DNA from: Antedon mediterranea
Lineage: Eukaryota > Animalia > Echinodermata
Direction: 5' to 3'
Length of the DNA: 64,000 nucleotides
NCBI RefSeq assembly: GCF_964355755.1
Contig: NC_092670.1
Location: 22,988,795-23,052,794 of the forward strand
The notes under the pieces are model-generated. The model did not search any database. It was given only the letters and a program-made list of their open reading frames with translations, and had not been told where the DNA came from. The number at the start of each line of letters is the position of its first letter. The stretch's first letter is position 1. A program made the position numbers and the translations under genes. Below are positions 51,600 to 61,500 of this stretch, one piece after another.

Positions 51600-54100
51600 T
51601 GAAATTACCATTGAGACAAAATGTAGGCCCCAATTAGCTGGCTCATAACCAAAGTCATTTTAAGGAAATTTCCTAATTTTTCAGACATTGATTAAGATTA
51701 AGAAGCTTGTTGATTTGGAAAAAGTGTTAATGTTGTTTATTACCATTATCAATGTTTTTCCTTGTATTGTTTAGATTGTATTTGTTTTTTATTAACAGAA
51801 GATTTACAGTTTCAGCTACAGCTGTGAGTATTAATAGGGCAATTCCACGATTTTTTTTTTTGGATTTTGAAAATTTTCAACTTTTAGCAGTTTTAACATG
51901 TTTGATATCAAACTAAAGCTAATGTTATATACTTTCAGGATATTTAAGTGGTTAAAAAAAATTATGAGATATATACAGACATATTTCCATTTAAAATAAT
52001 GATATTTAGATAACTTAAAAAATAAAACAATATGAGGTTTACTTAAATCCTATAACAGACAACTACATCCTAATTTATACATGTCATTTCTTTTTAGAAT
52101 TAAAGAACTAAATATATTGTTTGAGATTTTGATTGAATTAATCAACATAGAAATATTAAGGAGGGGCCCACATAATTATTAATAGTTTTGTCAGGTTGTT
52201 ACCAAAAAACATTTTTTTTTAAATTTAAGAACCTTGTACCTTCTAGACAATTATAATATTTTCCAAACTATTAAAAATTATAGCTTTACATACACTGATA
52301 AGGTTACTTTTTTTTTAAAACCTTATTTTACATTTTTATATGATATAAAAAGTGTCTGGTTGTTACCGGGTTGATCACAGACTGACATGTCAGTTTGTGA
52401 CCAGTGTTATTACAGTAAGCTAAACCAGCATTGTTACAGTAAAAGTTATTTCAATATGCTTTAAAATCAATAATCAAAATATATAGTATATAGTTTTAAA
52501 AAATTGAATTAATCAACATAGAAATATTAGAGAGGAACCAACATTTATTAATAATTTTGTTGGGTTGTTACCGAAAAACAACATCATTTATTTTTAAATT
52601 TAAGAACCAAGCACCTTCTTGACAATTATAATATTTTCCAAAGTATTAAAAATTATAGCTTTACATACACACTCATGAAAAAATGTTAATGTTGTTTATT
52701 GCCATTATCAATGTTTTTCCTTGTTTTTTTTAGATTGTAGAAAATATACAGTTTCAGCTACAGCTGTGAGTATTAGTAAATTATTAAACGGAGAAAATAT
52801 ATTTTCTTTACTTTGTGAACTGTTGCCTGCCCTAATCAGTCATTTCATACCCAAAGTCATTTTGAGGAAATTTCTTAATTTTTCAGACATTGATTAAGAA
52901 GCATGTTGATTTGAAAAAAGTGTTAATGTTGTTTATTACCATTAATAATGTTTTTTCTTGTTTTTTTTAGATTGTAGAAAATATAGTGTCAGCTACAGCT
53001 GTGTGAGTATTAGTAGAGTATCTGTTAACGGAGAAAACATATTTTCCTTACTTGGTGAACTGTTGCCTGTTATTTTGTAGGCATTTCCTATTATGAAACA
53101 TTTACATAATTCAGATTTTATGGTTTGTGAATAAGATATTAAATGAAATTAGCATTGAGACTACATGTAGGTCCTAACCAGCCGTCTCATACCCAAAGTT
53201 ATTTTGAGGAAATTTTTTAATTTTTCAGACATTGATTAAGAAGCATGTTGATTTGGAAAAAGTGTTAATGTTGTTTATTGCCAATTATTAATGTTTTTCC
53301 TTGTTTTTTTTATAGATTGTAGAACATATACAGTGTCAGCTACAGCTGTGAGTATTAGTAGATTATCTGTTAAACAGATAAAACATATTTTCTTGACTTT
53401 GTGAACCATTGCTTGTTATTTTGTAGGAATTTTCTATTATGAAACATTTACATAATTTAAATTTTATGGTTTGTAATATATTAAATGAAATTAGCATTGA
53501 GACAACATGTAGGCCCTAATCAGTTGTCTCATACCCAAAGTCATTTTGAGGAAATTTCTTAATTTTTCAGACATTGATTAAGAAGCATGTTGATTTGGAA
53601 AAAGTGTTAATGTTGTTTATTGTCGTTAATAATGTTTTTTCTTGTTTTTTTTTAGATTGTAGAAAATATACGGTGTCAGCTACAGCTGTGAGTATTAGTA
53701 GATTATCTGTTAAACGGAGAAAACATATTTTCCTTACTTTGTGAACTGTTGCCTTTTATTTTGTAGGCATTTTCTATTATGAAACATTTACATAATTCTA
53801 TTCTAATTTTATTGTTTGTAAATAAAATATTAAATGAAATTAGTATTGAGACAACATGTAGACCCCAATCAACCGGCCCATACCTAAAGTCATTTTAAGG
53901 AAATTTCCTAATTTTTCAGACATTGATTAAGATTAAGAAGGTTGTTGATTTGGAAAAAGTGTTAATGTTGTTTATTGCCATTATTAATGATTTTTCTTTT
54001 TTTTTTTAGATTGTAGTTGTACAGAAAATATACAGTGTCAGTTACAGCTGTGAGTATTAGAAAATCATCTGTAAAACGGAAAAAACATATTTTCCTTACT
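51600..54100 (+). repeat. ~345-bp tandem repeat carrying an acceptor/micro-exon/donor cassette
   Basis: AAGT(C/T)ATTTT.AGGAAATTT..TAATTTTTCAGACATTGATTAAG occurs at ~51652, 52854, 53196, 53538 and 53887. Each unit has TTTTTAG|ATTGTAG...CAGCTACAGCT|GTGAGT. Confidence 0.85.
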
Positions 54101-54784
54101 TGATGCCCTCCCTTAATTGATAAACATGTGTTGTCTGTAAATTTACAATACTGGGTGACCAAATATTTTTGTGTATAAAATTCTATTATATTAGAACATT
54201 GAATAATTAAACCTATTTTCAGATTATATGTTTATACTAGGACTTTATTGAATATTACAATATAAAAATGTATGTGAATTATCATTTTATACAAGTATTT
54301 GATTAAAAGCAAAACAAATACAAGTTGATTTCGCAGGAAGTTGAAAAATTGTGAAGGTGAAATAATTTGTTTCCGACATATTCCATATAATGAATTTTTG
54401 ACATATTTTTTGGTCACAATATCTTCTATAGTGATTTAGTTATATTGTATAAACCAAAGTCATAAATATATTATCACAATTTACTTAAAAATTTAGGACA
54501 ATCATCCTTTTTAACATAAATGTGGTGGCATATACTTACAATTTATAAAATGGGTCTATCCTGAATTTAGTAGTGAGTTGGTCCTAATTTGGCTTGCTAG
54601 GCTCAATAGATCATGTTACATTTCACAAGGGGGATGTGTATAATATTATTTAGCTATTTGTAAATACACTGATTTATTTACTGATTCAATATATGATTCT
54701 TTGACTGGAATTCTTAGTACAGTGTATCTTAAAATCAATAACTAACTCTTTTTTTTTTCTTTTATTGTAGGTGACTGTCTTGTA

Positions 54785-55075
54785 TAAACCCACTGGATCT
54801 CAGAAGAGATCTGGGTCTTTAGAAAAAGATCCTTCTCTCCGAAGAGAGAATCTACGAGGGGTTACCGAATTTGAAAATCTATGTTCAATTATCTGTAACC
54901 ATTATGCACAATTATCTGTAACCATTTTGTAAAACATCTTGTAAAACCTTGAAGATAAACCGAAGTTTATTTCAAGACCATTTTTGCAAACATTCACTGA
55001 AACCTTGAAGATAAACCGAAGTTTATTTCAAAACCTTTTTTGCAGAAAGTTCGAAGAATAAAACAGAAGCTTATT
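54785..55075 (+). other. Cluster of hairpins with (A/C)GAA tetraloops upstream of the Rep-helicase ORF
   Basis: The hairpins are CTGGATCTC-agaa-GAGATCTGG, GGTCTTT-agaa-AAAGATC, TTCTCTC-cgaa-GAGAGAA and two copies of TTGAAGATAAAC-cgaa-GTTTATTTCAA. Confidence 0.7.
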
Positions 55076-55560
55076 AAAAAAGAATTAATTAAAGAAGATT
55101 TAAAGATCACTTTTATTTGAATCTGTTATTAAGTAGAATTGTAAAAAGAATAAAAATTACAATCTTAAACTATTTAGCATAACCAAGTATTACAGAGAAG
55201 TTTAAATTAATATTAAGTATTTCATCAAGCCAATATTAAATAGAAGCTATATTTTTGTATTCAGTGAAATTGTATAATCGAATTATTGAAAAAAAGCAGA
55301 CAAAAAAAAATATTGACAAAGAGAAAAGAAATTGGGAAAAAAGTTAAAAGTTATAGAAACAAAAGACAATATAAAGTTGAATTGTTTTTGTAATTTTTAA
55401 TAATTTAATTTGTTGTAGCAAGGATTTCTTTTTTGAAGTTTGAATTGATAAAAAGAACCTAATTGTAATATTCTTTGGAATTGCAGAATACATTTTAATT
55501 TAATTTGTAAAAAAAGTTTATTAATTTGAAGAAACTTGTTTCTTATACAAATTTTGAATA

Positions 55561-58500
55561 ATGGATATGGAATTCATAGCAGTAGTTGGTATCTTTTTGT
55601 TGATTATCTTTACAATGATATTTTATTTGTGTAAGAATGTGAATAAAGAAGTTACAAGTAAAAAGCAGATTTTTGTCAATACAACTGGTAATGTTAATAA
55701 TGGAGTTATGGATAAGACAGCAGAATTTAAAATAGTTGTTAATGACATCTTGGACCTACTTGATGAATGCTGTTCAACTGAGAATGTCAAAGACGACAGA
55801 AATGATGATACAGGTAATGTCAATTGTGAATTTATGAAAGATACAACAGAATTTAAAGGAATAATTGATGATATCATAAACATATTATCTTATGGTACAG
55901 AGGTCACTTCAGAGTTTGATGATACATGCGATTTCTGTAATATTGAAGTGAAAGTAGACGACAATTGCATAACATGTGACTGTTGTAGTCAATATTTTCA
56001 TGTGAAATGTGTAAGAGAAGTTTTTGAAGACAAACTATGTAATTCCCGGGTAATTTGGATTTGTTCAATGTGTGGGAATAATAATTTTGTTGATAACATG
56101 TTTGGCGAAATAGGTATTCCCTGTCATTTCAATAGATATACGATTCTAGAACCTGATGAATCTGTCACTTCAGACTTTCCAGAATTAACGAAAAATAAAG
56201 AAAAACGCTGTAATAATGCAATATTAAAATGTCAACAAACAGGAAGTGAAGATTTACTTGGTAGTGATTGGATCAGAGTAAGATCAAAGAAAAGAACCGA
56301 CAACAGAAAAAAAAGATGTAAAAATAGAGGAAATAAGAAAAGGAGAAAGCGCGTTATAAATGGTATAAGTATAGAACCAGGTGTAAAATATATTGGCAAA
56401 GGTGTAAAAGATTTCTATGAAAGACAAAATAATAACAAAATGGAATGGAATATGAATACAACTACTTACAGAGAATACAACAAAGAAAATGGTAAAACGA
56501 ATATATTGGAAAATTCACAAACAATAATTGACGACAGTGGTAGGCCTATGTGTGATGATTTGAAAAATACAAAAGTAACGCACGGAATACAACAACAATC
56601 AGGTGGTGGTTCGAAACGTTTACGAAATAACAAGGGTCGTTTTGTCAAAACTAAGAAGATTGATAACAAAAAAGCACAAGGTAATGTGAATTTAAAGAAT
56701 GATTGTGATACTATGGAACGGTTTGGCAAAGATATAAAGAACATGGGTAATAATCACAATTCTGAAACGAAAACTGACGAGGATTTTAAAATGAAATGTA
56801 CTGTAGAAAACGACAACACAGCGACTGACGATGCGAAAGCACAAAATAATAGCAAAATGAATGACAGAAGTAGAATAATTGATAGTAATGGTACAGATCA
56901 TAAAAATCAAACATGTGCAAGTTGTGAATTTGAGGAAAATGAAGTATTGATAATTGATGACGGATGCAAAAAAGCAGTGACTGAAAAACTTAGGTCCCAT
57001 ACTAAACCTAAATGTGACCAACATACTATCGATCCGGATATTGAAGTTTTAACAAAAAATAATTTTTCGGAAGAATTGATAATCGATGATGTACCAAAAC
57101 AAAAAAATACACGAAAAAGGCAGAAAACACAATCAATAAATGAATTACAAGTATATAATAGTAATGAAAATATAACTGTAGCACAGGGTAATTTTAATCA
57201 AGGGAATTATAGATTTGGCTTTGCTAGTGGTAAACAGTGTGTTGCAAATAGTCTTGTAGCTATTCTTTATTCTACAAAGAGGAATGGAAATGAATTTTAC
57301 ACCAAAGACCTTGATACAATATTGACTCTTGGAAACGAGTTGTACCGTTACATTCAGAAAGATTCCACTATGCACGAGGACCTTTTAATGATTTCTGAAC
57401 TGCCGAAAGAATTGGATATCTTGGATAACACATTTGTAATATCTCCCAAAGAATCAGTTTTTGGCATAATAGATGGAAATCTCGAATTTATGGCTGAATA
57501 TGGAGCCTTGTCATTAAACCAAGCTCTTGAACAAGAATTACACCAACATGATGCATTTTTTATGAATTTCAACAGAAGCACATTTTCTATTATCAAACGT
57601 GTAAATGGATTTCATATATTTGATCCACATGCAAGAGATCGATTTGGTTGTGTTAGTGAACATGGAAAGAGTATTTTACTTTACAGTCCATCTTGGCAAG
57701 GTGTGTACGATTATTGTATAAGATTAGCAAGGTCAATGAACTGTAATTTACATGAAACCGAGTTTGAACTGACTGGTGTAAATATTGAAAATAAGTCTAT
57801 GATGTTATGTTCCGCTTCTGTGCTCGATGATAATTGTGAACAAAGAAACTTGGGAAACGTCGATGTTGATGAACCTAGTACGTCTTATCAGTATAAATGT
57901 AGTACAAGATTACCAGACAAGAATATTGATTCTAAGGTTAAAGGCCAAAAACATAATAAAGAAGGTCATGTCTCATCAAGTAATGGATGGCAAAGTGATA
58001 GTGATATTGAAATTGTTAATGTTCAGTATGGAGAAAGACCTGACAAGAATTTTAAATTTATTCCTATCTCAGAAGCACAAAAGAAAAACATGTGTAATGA
58101 AGTAGGCATTCATTGTGAACATACCGATAGGAATTCTGGTATTAACAGAGCTAGTCAGATTGGACATCCTCTTCAAATTACGAATATTACAGGTGATGGT
58201 AATTGTTTTTATCGTGCAATTTCATACATTATTTCTGGTACTGAAGATAATCATTTTCTTTTAAGAAGAGCAATTACTAATCATTTATTGGAGACTGATG
58301 ACTTGTTTATTAATACATTTAGTCACGAATATAGATCAGTTAAGGAATATGTGTTAAAAAAAAGAGTAATGGATAATGGAACGTGGGCATCCAATACTGA
58401 AATAAGTGCAATGGCAAACTTGCTTAATACAGATATTTATTCATTTAATGATCAACTTTTGACTTGGCAATTGTTTTCTGCTAAAAAGCCAGGAAGAATA

Positions 58501-61500
58501 GATGATGTTACAACTGACAATGGTATATATATTTTGTACACCATGAATGTGCATTTTAATGTAGTGGAATCTGTTAATGTTAGTCAAAATAATGTTCAGG
58601 AAAAAACAGGACACGTTGATATGAATGTGACATCGCACAATAAACTTTCAAATACAGAGGCGAATTTTTTTGTAAAGAATTCTACAACAAAGAAACGAAA
58701 GCAAACGGGAAATGAAACTTGTGAAACATTTGAAGATATAGAACCAAAACACAAAAAGAGTAAAACTGTTGAGGGACCTTGTTCTGGAAATAAAGTAAAA
58801 ACATTGAGAAGGAGAAGAAAAATATCTTATGAAAATAGAAAGCAAAAAGAAAAGAATCGTCAGAGAATGAAAAGAAGAAGAGAAGAAAAAGATAATTCAA
58901 TAGAAAAAAATGAAAATAGAAACAAATATCAAAGTGATCCTGCATACAGAGAAGAAAAGAAACGTAAAGTAAAAGAGGCACAACAAGTAAGATATGCTGA
59001 TGATGATTATAAATTCAAAAAAAGGAAGGAAAACAGAAAAAGACAACAAAAAATGTATAGATGTGAACCTGAATATAATGTTAAGGTACGAAATAAAGCT
59101 AAACATAACTACAATATTGATTTGGATTACCGAACAACCAAAAAAGTCAACAATCGGTTAAATTATAAATGTAATGAAAAATTTACGCAAAATTTGAAAG
59201 AAAAATTGAAAAATAGATACAATAATGATATAATATTTAGACATAAAACTAGACAAAATAATAAACAAAGAAATGCAGAAAAGTATCACAATGATTCAAA
59301 ATTCAGACAAACATTGAAGGAAAAATTAGCAGCGAAGTATCGTAATAATTCAAAATTTAGAAAAAACGTTACGCAAAAATTGGCAGAGAAGTATCGGAGT
59401 AATTTGAAATTTCGTCAAAACTGCAAACAAAAATTGGCACAGAAATATCGAGGTAATTTAAAATTTCGTCAAAGTATTAAGGAAAGGTGTAAGCAAAGAT
59501 TTGCAGAAAAGTATCATGGTGATGAAGGGTTCCGAAAAAATATTATGAAGAAAAACATGAAAAATAGGGAAAAAAAGAAAAAAGAAAACAATAATTTTGA
59601 GTTTGTTTTAGAAAATTTCAGGGAAACAGTTTCTCGTGGTCCTGAATATGTTTGTTGCGTATGCTTTAAAATGTTATTCAAAGATCAAGTTATGAAGTGT
59701 ACCAAAACTAAGTACAAAAATAAGGCTTGTATAAATGAAAAGTATTTGCATATTTGCAACAATGAATGTAATAAACCTTGTCAATTTATCGAATCACCAA
59801 GATGTCGTTTATGGATTTGTTTCACATGCCACAGGAAATTGTTAAATGGGAAAGTCCCTGCCGAAGCCAATTCAAACAATTTACAACTACACGATATTCC
59901 TCCTGAGCTTAGGTGTTTAAATAATTTAGAGCAGCATTTGATTGGATTGAACATTCCTTTTATGAAATTAATGAATTTACCTAAAGGTGGACAGCATGGA
60001 ATACATGGACCTGTTGTATGTGTACCTTCAAATACTATTGAAACTGTAAAAATGCTGCCTAGACCACAGGTTGATGATCAATTAATATCTGTAAAATTGA
60101 AGCGAAAGTTGTCTTACAAAGGTTATTACAAATATAAATTTGTTAATACTGCTCATGTTATTCAAGCTCTTAGATATTTACAAGATCATAACAAGTGCTA
60201 TTTTGATATAGCTATTAATGAAGAATGGCACAATTATTTATCTGAAGAAAACATCGAAAATACAAATACTAATGGAGATGAAAATCAAACATGTATAGAA
60301 AGTAATGAAGAAGAAGAGGAAGAATTAGAAGACCGATTATGTGGTGCTACCTTTGATACAAGTCTTCAACCTGTTGACAGGCGACAAAATTTGGTTGATG
60401 AATATTTTAATGACATCATTTGTTGTGCACCGTGTGAAAATAATAGCCCTATTGCATTATTAAGTAATAAAAGCAATGAAGCAAAATCATTTCCAGTGTT
60501 ATTTCCAACAGGCCAACCAACATTCCATGATACGAGAGATGTTAAAATAACACTCGGACGTTATTTTCATAATAGATTAATGCATATAGATAACAGGTTT
60601 GCACAAAATACAGAATTCATATTTTATGCTCAATCGTTATATGAACTTCAACAAATTTTATCAAGTATTTCCATTGCATTGCGAAAAGGGTCAAGTAAAA
60701 AGGATGATTTTAGTAAAGTTACTGTATCGGATTTAAAAAATGTTACCAAAATTGACGAAATTTTAAAATCTGATAGGGGTTATAAATTTCTAAAACAAAT
60801 TCGTGGAACTCCACCGTACTGGCAAGCTACACAGAAAGATGTAATAGCAATGGTTAGACAGATTGGAAAGCCAACATTCTTTCTTTCATTCTCAAGTGCT
60901 GACTTCCGTTGGAAAGAAATAATGACGACATTGTTAAATCAGTCAGGAGACCAAAGAAACATTGAAGAATTGGAATGGGCAGATAAATGTAATTTGTTGA
61001 AATCAAATCCAGTGACTGTTGCCAGAATGTTTGACAAACGCTTTCATACTTTTTTGAAAAATGTAATTTTGTCTGAAGCACAGCCTATTGGTAAAGTCAT
61101 AGATTATTTTTACCGAATTGAATTTCAAATGAGAGGAAGTCCACATGTTCATATGTTAGTATGGGTTGAAAATGCTCCTATTTTTGGTACGGATAAAGAT
61201 AACGAAGTTATTAATTTTGTCGATAAATATATTTCGTGTGCTGTGCCATGTGAAACTGTAGATCCTGAACTGAATGAAATTGTTAAAAGTGTGCAAATTC
61301 ACAGTAAAAGACATTCTAAATCATGTAAAAAAAAGGGAACAAACTGCAGATTTAACTTCCCCAGACAACCTTCTGGAAATACATTTGTTATGAGACCTAC
61401 AATTGCGGATAAAGACAGTGATGATAATGATGACAATAAACAAGCAATGGAGCTGTTAACCTCAGTAAAAGATGCTGTGAGTAATGAAGAAACATATAAA

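Noticed and set aside
54785-54880. Hammerhead ribozyme
   Set aside because: No CTGA.GA core is correctly placed relative to a GAAA and the stems.
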